A stretch of DNA of 63,688 nt, filler included, from Octopus bimaculoides (Eukaryota): the NCBI RefSeq assembly GCF_001194135.2. It is 8 parts of 8 records of this genome, joined end to end, with 100 filler letters (N's around TTAATTAATTAA, not from the genome) between each part and the next. Parts side by side here need not be neighbours in the genome. Positions count along the whole stretch, not along the records: positions 39,679 to 54,592 come from NC_068988.1; positions 54,693 to 57,953 come from NC_069003.1; positions 58,054 to 59,976 come from NW_026368907.1; positions 60,077 to 61,940 come from NC_069000.1; positions 62,041 to 63,688 come from NC_069004.1; 3 more parts are not named here. The stretch is one strand, 5' to 3'. Made by a program: the position numbers and the translations under genes. Below are positions 52,278 through 63,688 of the stretch, in pieces (within the stretch, counting starts at the first letter, position 1; every line of letters begins with the position of its first letter). The notes under the pieces were generated by a model. The model was not told the DNA's origin. It saw only the letters and a list, made by a program, of their open reading frames with translations, and ran no database searches.

Positions 52278-54305
52278 CGACGGGCTTCTTTCAGTTTCCG
52301 TCTACCAAATCCACTCACAAAGGCTATAGTAAACAAAAAATACTTAGCCAGGGTGCTACGCAGTGGGACTGAACCCGGAACCATGTGGTTGGTAACTACT
52401 TACTACACAGCTACTCCTGCGACTATATGTGAAAGAATTACTTCTAGTTTTGTCTAAACCAAAGCAATTCCTTATTGCGCCAAACTATGATCAAAGAGGC
52501 TTTTCAGCAGTAACCATTCGCGTCTTTTAATCAATGCTGCTAGAATGACATCACTTGCTGTGTTCTTCTAGTTTTAAGAAAGTATGACATAATTTAAGAG
52601 AAACGTTTGCTTGCTATTTCTAGCAAATCCAGTTACCACATGAAGGCTTCCTTGTCAGTTCGATGTCATGTTCGCCGAACATGCTCTAGGAAGTTCAGGG
52701 CCTAATTAGAAAATTATCAGTGGGAAATTATGAAGATTGATGTCTTGGGCTTGATGCCCCATTTTTCGCCGCAATGATATATTAAAAATTCATCATAGTA
52801 ACCCCTGCTCGGCGCGGGGCGCAATTTGAACAAATCTGTCTAATTTATTTAAAACCAGATTTTCAGTCTACACAGTGATGGAAATAATTTTTGATATAAT
52901 GGTTTCCTTATTTATGCATCAAATTTTCAATACAATTTCTCTTATTTTTACCATTTGTAAACGCTTAATTAATGTAGCTCTTTCAAGACATGTGTGTTAG
53001 AACTATCATTTCCGCTCTTATACTTTTAGGTTTCAGCATTTTAATTAGAAATCACAAATTCATATCCTTCTAGTTCATATCGTCAATATTCTTTTCTACT
53101 CTAGACACAAGGCCCGTAATTTTGGGGGAGGGGACCAGTCGATTAGATATTCTATATGATGAAAGGAAATAACTAACCAAGATAAATGCGCATGTTCTTA
53201 TTGAGATGAAAATATCTAAGATATACAAACAGGATCTGTGACACTATTAAATACCATGTTGATATTCTTTTCTACTCTTGAGTTCAAGGCCCGAAACTTT
53301 TGGAGAGGAGGGCCAGTCGATTAGATCGACCGCAGTACGGAACCGGATGAAAGGTAAANNNNNNNNNNNNNNNNNNNNNNNNNNNNNNNNNNNNNNNNNN
53401 NNNNNNNNNNNNNNNNNNNNNNNNNNNNNNNNNNNNNNNNNNNNNNNNNNNNNNNNNNNTGATTATCAGTATTTCGTCTGCCGTTACGTTCTGAGTTCAA
53501 ATTCTGTCGAGGTCGACTTTGCCTTTCAACCTTTCGGGGTCGATAAATTAAGTACCAGTTATGCACTGGGTCGATGTAATCCTCTTAATCCCTTTGTCTG
53601 TCTTTGTTTGTCCCCTCTATGTTTAGCCATTTGTGGGCAATAAAGAAATAAGAAACGTTAGCACGCCGGGCGAAATGCTTAGCGGTATTTCGTCTGTCTT
53701 TACGTTCTGAGTTCAAATTCCGCCGAGGTCGACTTTATCCTTTCATCCATTCAGGGTCGATAAATTAAGTACCGGTTCCGTACTACGATTGATCTAATAG
53801 ACTGGCATCCTCTCCAACAATTTCGGGCCTTGTATATCTTAGATATTTTCATCTCAATAAGAACATGCGCATTTATCTTATTTAGTTATTTCTTTTCATC
53901 ATATAGAATATCGTTGTGAAACTAGAAATCGTTTTCTAGTTTTAAGATACCGTTTGAGAGACGCCTCTTGTGTATAAAAGGGTGGTTTAGAGAAGATATC
54001 TTTCTTAGAATGAGAGCTCATCGCATCCAGTAAGATGATATTCAGCATTATCGCTGAAGAGAATATAAATGTTCTGCTTTCCACGCTAACACTAAGTGCA
54101 GCAGCAAAGACAACAGCAACAACATAAATAAAAACACAAAGATTATCAATAATGTTAAGCAGCCAATATTAATGTCTCTAATAATTCGCAGTCTGATATA
54201 GCTTTATCGAGAATGTCGAAATGTTATGCCGCCGCTGCTGCTGCTGCTGTTGTTGTTGTTGTTCTTGTTGTTGTTGTTGTTGAAGTCGTCGTCATTGTCG
54301 TCATA

Positions 54306-54341
<36 letters not shown>

Positions 54342-54480
54342 GCTGATGCCGTTTATACGTTTGCGTTCGTCTTTTCTACTTCCCCACGCATATCCAAATC
54401 AAGCAGATTCTTATCAAAATCATTCCACATGTAACCACGTAACTATTTATGCCTATGTGTGTATGTGTGGTGTATGTGCA

Positions 54481-54516
<36 letters not shown>

Positions 54517-54636
54517 CACACACTCATACGCGCATACACCATATACACGCATAACGCATATATAGACATATATATATATATATATATATATANNNNNNNN
54601 NNNNNNNNNNNNNNNNNNNNNNNNNNNNNNNNNNNN

Positions 54637-54648
54637 TTAATTAATTAA
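54637..54648. other. Artificial scaffold linker TTAATTAATTAA inside N runs (also 23260, 28743, 39623, 57998, 60021, 61985)
   Basis: An identical 12-mer, with stops in all six frames, is centred in roughly 100-bp N blocks seven times. Confidence 0.92.
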
Positions 54649-54751
54649 NNNNNNNNNNNNNNNNNNNNNNNNNNNNNNNNNNNNNNNNNNNNGTTTGAAG
54701 ATTATCATGGGAAAATAAACAGAAAGATATGCCAATCAAAAAAATACTCAC

Positions 54752-54970
54752 AGCCCCTTAAATTTGTGTTTGCATTCATTAAACAGGTGAGGCCAGTTAC
54801 CCAGATGTTAGCTTCATCAGGGGTGGAAGCTATGAGATCCATCGTTTCAAAGTTATCTCCAAATATAATAGAAAAAGCACATTCTTCAGGGTAAAATTCC
54901 ATTATTTCTCGGTTTCGTAATGCTTCAGTAGTCATTCCAAGTCTCACTTCCTTCATACAGCTGATGGAAA
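54752..54970 (-). CDS. PLCL: PLC-like protein, PH domain exon B (ISISCMKEVRLGMTTEALRN...ECAFSIIFGDNFETMDLIASTPDEANIWVTGLTCLMNANTNLRG)
   Basis: Acceptor ttctttcttcccAG at 54972-54971 and donor GTGAGT at 54751. The exon is 219 nt, phase 1-1. It joins exon A in frame (A|TT = Ile) and resembles the PLCL PH C-terminal half (KEIRLG...CAFSI..GENYESLDLVA..A..ANIWVSGL). Confidence 0.9.
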
Positions 54971-54997
54971 CTGGGAAGAAAGAAGGAAACAAACATT

Positions 54998-55038
<41 letters not shown>

Positions 55039-55743
55039 TAGACAGATAGATAAACAGACAAGCAGAGAGATAGACAGACACGAAGACAGATAGATATATA
55101 TGTAGATAGATAGATAGACAAATAGTAGACAGACAAATAGACAGACAAAGAGTAGACAGACAGACAGGCAGGCAAATAGATAGATAGATAGATAGACAGA
55201 GCTAGCTAGCTAGTGTGTTACGGTCGGGGAGTGAATACTATATCTTTATTTACAATGTTTTTGATCGTAAGTTATAACAAATATTATTACTTCTTAATTA
55301 AAAGCTATGATGATAATCTTGTTACTTATAACTGAATTATAAGTATTTATCACTAAGTATAACTCTTAATTCAGGCTGTGTAAATGTTATGATGAATTAT
55401 ACATACCAAGAAACTGAACGTGTGTTCAATACGTGCATGTATGTTGAAGATATGAATTTGTATTTTTTTGACCGTTACATAAAAAAAATACAGTTTCATA
55501 AATACAGAAATAAATTCAACAAGTTGAAAGAAACGAGAAGTAAAAGGAATTAAATTTCTACATTAGTTTATTATGTACATTTGGCATTTATAGAACCATT
55601 AGAAATAAAGTCATTTTGTTGTAGAGAATTACGACTTAAAATTGACACTAACTAATCTTTCATTCTAACTACTAGAGTTCACAACAATTCAATATTGTCA
55701 GAATTGAATATTGAACATGGCATAAATATTAGCCGATATTCAA

Positions 55744-55835
55744 GAGGGTGAGTGTCATGGATTTGAGTGGCAGTCCAACGATCACTTGAGAGTGAGTGTC
55801 GTGGATTTGAGTGGCAGTCCAACGATCACTGGAGA
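55744..55835. repeat. Tandem duplication of about 44 bp in the intron between the PH exons
   Basis: gagtgtc(a/g)tggatttgagtggcagtccaacgatcact occurs twice. Confidence 0.85.
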
Positions 55836-56093
55836 GTTTCCCAAAAATCAGGGTTTTTATAACTGCTCATACACGAATTCTAGAATCGTACTTCGTGAAA
55901 TATTTCCTTAATGAAAGTTCAGAATTCGTATATGGGTAGTAATTTTCAACCAATGAGAAATCAATAATTTCTCCTGTTCGGGCAAACGAACCTACGTTCT
56001 CTCTCCGCCTCTTATAAGTTTGCTACACTAGCTAGCTAGATAGATAGACATACAGACAGAATAATCAATAAGAACTTGTTAGATGGAACTTAC

Positions 56094-56243
56094 TTCTAGC
56101 TTTGTTTGGTTTCTTGGAGGTAGGCTGCCATCGTATTTCAGTCATATCTTTGCTGAGAGAGTACATGCGAAAATACTGTCGGCTGTTAGAACGAACTTTT
56201 ACCATTTCAGATCCATCTTGCATGCACGCCAGACAATCTTGGG
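56094..56243 (-). CDS. PLCL: PLC-like protein, PH domain exon A (QDCLACMQDGSEMVKVRSNSRQYFRMYSLSKDMTEIRWQPTSKKPNKAR)
   Basis: Acceptor ttctttattctAG at 56245-56244 and donor GTAAGT at 56093. The exon is 150 nt, phase 1 in and out, with an open frame. The peptide resembles, from memory, the N-terminal half of the PLCL1/2 PH domain (DCISFMQAGCELKKVRPNSRIY...LRWEPSKK). Confidence 0.88.
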
Positions 56244-57904
56244 CTAGAATAAAGAATAAAGAAAAGAGAAACAAAATATCAAATTCAATTTATTTGAATA
56301 ATTACTTAATGAATTATAGGAGCAAGTGAATTAAAAGTTAGAAAATTTGAAGTTCATTTTGTGCATCATCATCATCAACCTCCTCCCCCTCCTTCATCCT
56401 CATCATCATTTAACATCCATGTTCTAGGCTGGCATAGACTGGGTAGGTTAAAAGAATCTGATGGACCCACAGACTGCATCATGCTCCAGTGTTTGCTTTG
56501 GGTTGGTTTGTATGGCTAGATGCCCTTCTCAATGCAAACCACTTTATAGTGTACACTGGATGCATTTTTCATGCTTTATTGAGGTTATCATGCAGCTCAA
56601 AAGATTACAAAATCCAAGAGAGATAGGGTTGGTTTCATGCTATGGGACAAAGGGATAAAGTATGAGAGAAGGGAAAGGGTGTAGGGCAGGTTTTTGATTG
56701 GTTATTCAAATTTAGTAGGGGAGAGAAAGAATGAGCAGTAGAAGCTGCAAAGAGATAGATATTAGAGATGAGGGTTCAGGTGGGCCTTCAAAGCCCAAGG
56801 TAAGTAGAAGTGTGTGAGTGGGGACTTTGCAAGATTGTATGGGGAGCAGAAGAGGATGGGAAGGGGAGACAGCCTGCAACTATATAAAAGTTGGGTAGGG
56901 TATGAGAATTTATACCATTATCTTGGGATCGTTTTTATATGGAATGCTAAAACTATGGAACAAAATTGTAAGCACAATCTATTTTTTAACTTCTATCTTT
57001 TATTTGTTTCAGTCATTAGACTGTAACCATGTTGGGGCACCACCTTGAAGGATTTTTAGTTGAATGAATCAACCCCAGGACTTATCTTTTGTTAAACCTA
57101 GAACTTATTCTGTCACTCTCTTTTCCTGAACCACTAAGTTATGGGGAAGTAAGCACACCAACACCAGTTGTCAAGTAGCGATAGCAGGGACAAACACACA
57201 CACATGCATATATATACAATAGGCTTCTTTCAGTTTCCATCTATCAAATCCACTCACAAGGCTTTGGCTGGCTTGAGGCTATAGTAGAAAGCACAGGTGC
57301 CATGCAGTGGGAGTGAACCTGAAACCGTGTGATTAAGAAGTAAGCTTCTTACCACACAGTCACGTCTGTGCCTAGACACATAATCTATTACACAGATGAC
57401 ATGATTTGTGAGACAACCGACAAAAATTATGGAAGAAGTTGAAAACATAATCTATATACAACATTAATATCGTTTGTAAGACAAGTGACAGAAAAACTAT
57501 GGAAGGAAATTAAAGACATGCTGTGTTAGATATCAACATTTATATTATATTAAATATAATTTCATAAGAAATTATGTATTTCAAGGTTCCCTATAAATCT
57601 ACAATAATCCTGTAATATCCAAGATAACAGTAGAAATTCCATAGGGCATTGCTAGTATATAAGATTATTCTCGCACAAGAAAATTGGTCAAGCAAAAGAT
57701 TACAATTTTGAGCTAAATGTGTGTCCATCCAGCTTGGGCACAGCCAAAACTCTACAACCTCCTGCAACACACACACACACATATATGCACAGAGGTTTAT
57801 ATTCGCAAGCACAGATATAGAGGTAGCTCTCTCTTTGTTTCTGTCAGCTCCTCTCTCTCTCTCACATGTGTATATATAACATCATTCACATGTGTGTGTG
57901 TGTG

Positions 57905-57953
<49 letters not shown>

Positions 57954-58099
57954 NNNNNNNNNNNNNNNNNNNNNNNNNNNNNNNNNNNNNNNNNNNNTTA
58001 ATTAATTAANNNNNNNNNNNNNNNNNNNNNNNNNNNNNNNNNNNNNNNNNNNNATATATATATATATATTATATATATATATATATTATATATATATTT

Positions 58100-59975
58100 A
58101 TATCATATATATATATTATACATATATATCATATATATGTATATATTATATGTATATATATAAGATTAAATAAATGGAGTTATACGCATGTTAAATCATT
58201 TCTTTTATTTCCGACATATGTTTCGAAGATTACAATTGGTTCATTCCAAAGGAATGAATGATGTTGAGAAAGATGTAATCTTCTCTTCAGGGAAATACAT
58301 AAAAATCAACTCAACCATAAGACATTATTACCGAATGTGACAACTGCGTGTAGAGAAGAACGCTACATAGCTTATTTGAAAAAAACGTTGGAAAGTGCAA
58401 CGCTACGAGACAGTACATTGGACGAGGAAGGAAGAAAAGGAGGAAGGAAGAAAAGCAGGATAAAAGAGAAAATTAGAATCTGGAGTGGAAAGTAAATAGA
58501 ACAATTCTTAAACCAGATTAAAGTTGAAAGAAAAGTATTTTATGTGTAATGGAAGTGTATAAGGGAAATAATTGTGTATTTATACTTTAGTATTGACATA
58601 TATATACACACACGATAAACGTGTGGTAATATTATTTATATAGGAAAATGATGCTTGTGTATACTAGTAAGAGATCAAGTGTTTTAACAATATATAAAGG
58701 TGATCAATGCTCTGTTGATCTAAAGAGAGAGAGAGTGTGTCATTAAATGAAATGGAAATTAGAAGGGAAAAGTTAAAGAATTAATGGAGTTAAAAAATTA
58801 CTTGTTTGAACTAAGTTAATATTTGTACCAAATTTTACTTCGATATCCATGCTCGATAGGTGTTAATGCAAGGATATACTTATGAATAAAATAAAGTAAA
58901 GGGTTCTATTTTGTGTAGAGCAGTATGTTATTCGTAATAATGTTGGGAAAAAAATATTTATATATTTTTTTGAAGGGAGCTGAATGTAAGAAGAAGCAAT
59001 GAAATCAAAAGAATATAGTTGTAGAGTCCCATCGTATTGATCATTGTTGAAAGTAATGTTGATGTTATGTTATATTGAAAGTAATGTTTAAGTTCATGTT
59101 ATATAGAAGTGCTGAATGTCCTAATTTGCATTCAAAAGATAGAAAGTGTTCAGATAACATATAATGGTATAATTAACTTGTATAACTTGTAGTATGTAAA
59201 TAAATTAATAAATAAGTTGTACCAGTTATATAAAGTTGGAAGAGTTACTTATATGAACTAAATGTATGTCTTTGCCAATGTTTACATCTATATGCTCTTT
59301 CAATAATCGTGTTAACAGTTTATTCTTTGAGAACAAAATGAAGAACAGTTCCATATTACATAACGGACAAAATTCCTTACCTTAATTGTATGGTATTGAT
59401 GCAAAGAGAATTAACCAGTCTAAATTAAATTGCTTATTGTTATCCTTAAGTTCCCAAATTAACTTACTAAGTCCCATGCTGTTGCGTTTATTTCTATCCC
59501 TAAATGTAGAGTAATGGTTTGAAATTTTTCTAGATATCTGCAATGAGGAGCAACCTATGTAAAAAAAATACATCGGTACAGGTGGTGACTTTACATTGAT
59601 GTACAGTGTTCTTGGATTTTGCATTCTCACTTAAAAAACTAATTCTGTTGTTATTAACTTCTGAAACAATAATGTTGTTGTAGTAATTATTATTATTATT
59701 ATTTTTCTTACTATGATTATCGTTATTTAGGTTATTAGCTGTATTGTTATTGTTATAATGGTGAGGGTTCGTATTGTTGAAATTAATGTTATTGTTATCA
59801 ATAGCTGGATACAAATTTAATAGTCTAATATTATGTGTAGATATTATTTGCGAGATATTTTTTGTGTTTGAAAATCCTAATCTAACCTTGTGTGTGTTTA
59901 TGACTTGGAAATAGCAAGAATTTCTGGGAAAATTCTTATTAACAGCATTTCGGAACTGCAAAGCTAGATTGGATT
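58100..59975 (-). mobile_element. Penelope-like retroelement 3' remnant: linker, frameshifted GIY-YIG endonuclease, AT-rich tail with hammerhead
   Basis: Peptides NKNFPRNSCYFQVINTHKVRLGFSNTKNISQIISTHN, SKNTVHQCKVTT and FYIGCSS...NHYSTFRDRNKRNSMGLSKLIWELKDNNKQFNLDWLIL are typical of PLE C-termini. A frameshift separates the two halves of the GIY-YIG motif. Confidence 0.8.
58206..58297 (-). ncRNA. Type I minimal hammerhead ribozyme, intact core
   Basis: Minus strand reads UAUUUCC CUGAAGA GAAGAUUAC [41 nt] GUAAUCUUC GAAA CAUAUG UC GGAAAUA. This gives a 7-bp stem I, a 9-bp stem II with G10.1-C11.1, a palindromic stem III (ACAUAUGU) and a GUC cleavage triplet. Confidence 0.88.
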
Positions 59976-61805
59976 TNNNNNNNNNNNNNNNNNNNNNNNN
60001 NNNNNNNNNNNNNNNNNNNNTTAATTAATTAANNNNNNNNNNNNNNNNNNNNNNNNNNNNNNNNNNNNNNNNNNNNAAAAAAAAAAAAAAAAAAAAAAGA
60101 GGTGGGTAAAGGATAGAAAGAAACACCCCTGTTAATAACATGAGATGTTCACAGTAAGCCCTTTTTTATATTCATACGTCAGCAAAAGAAGAGTTATTCG
60201 GCGGTGGATGGGGTGGGGGTGATTGCTAAACGATGAGGATGACCTATTCTGTTTACTCAACGTGTCTGTGTTTGTCTCCTGTTGATCTGAGGCTCAACAA
60301 TATAGAAAAATATGCTGTTTAAAAGATATATACTGCCCTAACTCTTCGAAACGCCTGTGTTAGAATGTTGGCAGCTGATGAAGGAAAATGTTCTCTATGT
60401 GGCCTGTGTGTTTTCTGTACTCTGGTTATTATTATATTTTTTGTCTACGTTTTGTTTGCAACGTCCTGTACCCAGATATGTACCTATATATACAGGTAGA
60501 TGTAGGTATGCACATACTTGTACGTATATATGCATATACTCATTTTTTATTTGTTCTATATATATCTGGTTTCTGAAAGCAATTTCTCAGTAATTAATCG
60601 CCAGCGATTTTCTTTTATCTGATTATGATAATTTCCTACATCACCTTGAGTTGCTCATATGCACTGAGTTCCCTGTCATGTATGGTGAAATCTATGATTT
60701 ACCGAGGACGCCTAATAAGAGTGAAACATGCCCAAAGTTGTCTTACATATTTGATAAAGTGATTAAAACAACATTAGTTATTAGACTAATAATAATAACC
60801 CCTTCTTTATATCATACCTTTTTTGATGGCATAAAAGACACACGGGCACATTAGAAGCACCCCAATTTCAGCAGCACATATTTAAAAAAGTAGATTTTGT
60901 GTACCCTTTATCATTTAAACTTGTTATATTTCACCCAAATATTCTACAAATGTTTATCAATAAATAAGCATCACATTTGATTGAGTACTTCTAATGCTAA
61001 AGGGTTAAAGCATGTAATGTACAGGGGGGGGGGGNNNNNNNNNNNNNNNNNNNNNNNNNNNNNNNNNNNNNNNNNNNNNNNNNNNNNNNNNNNNNNNNNN
61101 NNNNNNNNNNNNNNNNNNNNNNNNNNNNNNNNNNNNNNNNNNNNNNNNNNNNNNNNNNNNNNNNNNNNNNNNNNNNNNNNNNNNNNNNNNNNNNNNNNNN
61201 NNNNNNNNNNNNNNNNNNNNNNNNNNNNNNNNNNNNNNNNNNNNNNNNNNNNNNNNNNNNNNNNNNNNNNNNNNNNNNNNNNNNNNNNNNNNNNNNNNNN
61301 NNNNNNNNNNNNNNNNNNNNNNNNNNNNNNNNNNNNNNNNNNNNNNNNNNNNNNNNNNNNNNNNNNNNNNNNNNNNNNNNNNNNNNNNNNNNNNNNNNNN
61401 NNNNNNNNNNNNNNNNNNNNNNNNNNNNNNNNNNNNNNNNNNNNNNNNNNNNNNNNNNNNNNNNNNNNNNNNNNNNNNNNNNNNNNNNNNNNNNNNNNNN
61501 NNNNNNNNNNNNNNNNNNNNNNNNNNNNNNNNNNNNNNNNNNNNNNNNNNNNNNNNNNNNNNNNNNNNNNNNNNNNNNNNNNNNNNNNNNNNNNNNNNNN
61601 NNNNNNNNNNNNNNNNNNNNNNNNNNNNNNNNNNNNNNNNNNNNNNNNNNNNNNNNNNNNCCCCCAGGGTGATTTTTTTTGAGGGGATAAAAACTGCGTC
61701 TCGTATACCAACAAATACTGTAATTTTTTTTCTAATTGGGTTTTTGATACTCATTCTCTGTACTAATAATAGAAACTGCTACTACTGTTGCTGCTGCTGC
61801 TACTG

Positions 61806-61836
<31 letters not shown>

Positions 61837-63196
61837 ATTGTGTGTACTAGAAAATATGCTGTCAATCAACCTTTTTATACTGCTGGAAAATACTTTCAAT
61901 CGAATTGTGATCTTGAACAATCTACTACAATAGCTGTGGTNNNNNNNNNNNNNNNNNNNNNNNNNNNNNNNNNNNNNNNNNNNNTTAATTAATTAANNNN
62001 NNNNNNNNNNNNNNNNNNNNNNNNNNNNNNNNNNNNNNNNTCGCAGTACTATTTGATTTCCAGCTTTGACGCCATCTTAGGAGATTTAGATAACAAATAC
62101 AAAAAAAAAAAACAACGGTCTAGTTTTCGTTCTTTCATGTTTTATTTATTTAGATAATTTCCATCTCTTTATTTAAATTATTTATTTATTTATAGTATTT
62201 AGTATTCTACCCTGTCTTCCGACTAATTTCCAAATCGTTTTTCACTGTCTTTATTTGTTTTTTTTTTAATGGTGATATATAGACTCAGGTCACTTTCTAT
62301 GCATGGAAGATATTTCATTGTCCATAGCGGTAAGCCCCATCAAGCATCATAGATTGACAGGTACGTCATTTATAAATACACACACACAATATATACATAC
62401 ATATATATATCTATATATGTGGACATACACACATAGTTATACACTTGTATTTAAATATATCGTTGTTTCATGTTTTTAACTCGTGTATTGTTTCAAAGTC
62501 ATATAAATATACATGCGTGTATGAGATTGCGTGTGCTTGTGTGCGTAGGCTCATTTCGGTGTCTCTGGTGACTATAAAGTAGTGACACGTAATAATTGCG
62601 TATTATATCAACCGAAGCCTTAGTTTGCAATCGAAACATTTATGGATGTGTGTCTCTATGTTTACACATGCATTTGTAGGACTATAAATTTGAACATATA
62701 TTTATGTAGGTATATATATATGTGTGTGTATGCGTGCATGTAGATGCACATAATATATTTGCAAAGAGAGGGAGAGAGAGAAATATATATGCACATGCGC
62801 GGTGAGAGTTGTAGACACAAATGGACATTATATTCTTGGAAATCTTGATTTTTCAAGTTCCGATAAGGATTAATGCATATTATGATGGTGCCTGGTGCTG
62901 GGGGTGGGGATGATGATGATGACGACGGTACCTTGTGATGATGATGATGATGATGATTGTGCTGACATTATCTCAGTNNNNNNNNNNNNNNNNNNNNNNN
63001 NNNNNNNNNNNNNNNNNNNNNNNNNNNNNNNNNNNNNNNNNNNNNNNNNNNNNNNNNNNNNNNNNNNNNNNNNNNNNGGCCGTGTGAGTGTATAAGGAGG
63101 GCTAGTTTTCTATGTGTGTATGTGTATGTGTGTGCATGTGAATGCTTTTGTGTGTCTGTTGATGAATGTATATATGCGATCGAGAAATGTATAGTT

Positions 63197-63242
<46 letters not shown>

Positions 63243-63288
63243 GTTTGTGCGTGTCTGATTTTCTGGTTGTATGAGTGTCAGGGCATTG

Positions 63289-63341
<53 letters not shown>

Positions 63342-63508
63342 GTGTGTGTATGTAAGAGAGAGTGCATGCGATTGCATGTGAATGTGTGATTGCGTGAAGT
63401 GTATGATGGCAGATGAACGTTAAGTAATATAGCATTTGGGTGTGAACGAGTGCGAGTTGTTTCTTTGAATGAGTTGGAGAATGAATGTATAGAAAAGTCA
63501 TGTGCGTG

Positions 63509-63574
<66 letters not shown>

Positions 63575-63688
63575 ATGTTCAAAAAGTCTCTCCGCAGTAA
63601 GTGTTTTATTGCAAAATAAATATTTCTAAAATGTTACAAGACTACAATAGAATATATTAAACTTTACAAGACTTTAAAAAACTTTATA

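Noticed and set aside
52801-52822. GC-rich hairpin resembling a Helitron 3' end
   Set aside because: The pairing is imperfect and no CTRR terminus lies at the expected distance.
57380-57720. Weak LINE C-terminal-like peptide (TEKLWKEIKDML)
   Set aside because: No diagnostic motif survives.
60340-60395. GAAAC followed by CTGATGA, suggesting a permuted hammerhead
   Set aside because: Stems I and II do not pair convincingly and there is no valid NUH triplet.

Overview
AT-rich, microsatellite- and SINE-dense eukaryotic genomic DNA, most likely a coleoid cephalopod (Octopus-like repeat families; inferred, not searched). It has many N gaps and seven artificial N44-TTAATTAATTAA-N44 joins. Host-gene content: two clean, phase-matched minus-strand exons encoding the PH domain of a PLC-like (PLCL/PRIP-type) protein (54752-56243). 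A separate, weaker minus-strand exon chain (about 3093-13908) translates to tandem CUB-like domains with two in-frame stops. Mobile DNA: decayed R4/Dong-like RLE LINEs, RTE-like LINE pieces, a Penelope-like GIY-YIG element, two Tc1 and one mariner relic, and many tRNA-derived SINEs. The main signal not shown by the ORF track is a set of minimal type I hammerhead ribozyme motifs from at least four unrelated sequence families. One (58206-58297, minus) has a fully intact core and lies downstream of the Penelope-like ORF. One (22191-22301) is a single substitution from intact, and one family occurs as a palindromic double-hammerhead element. All structures were folded by eye; no searches were run, and repeat boundaries are approximate.
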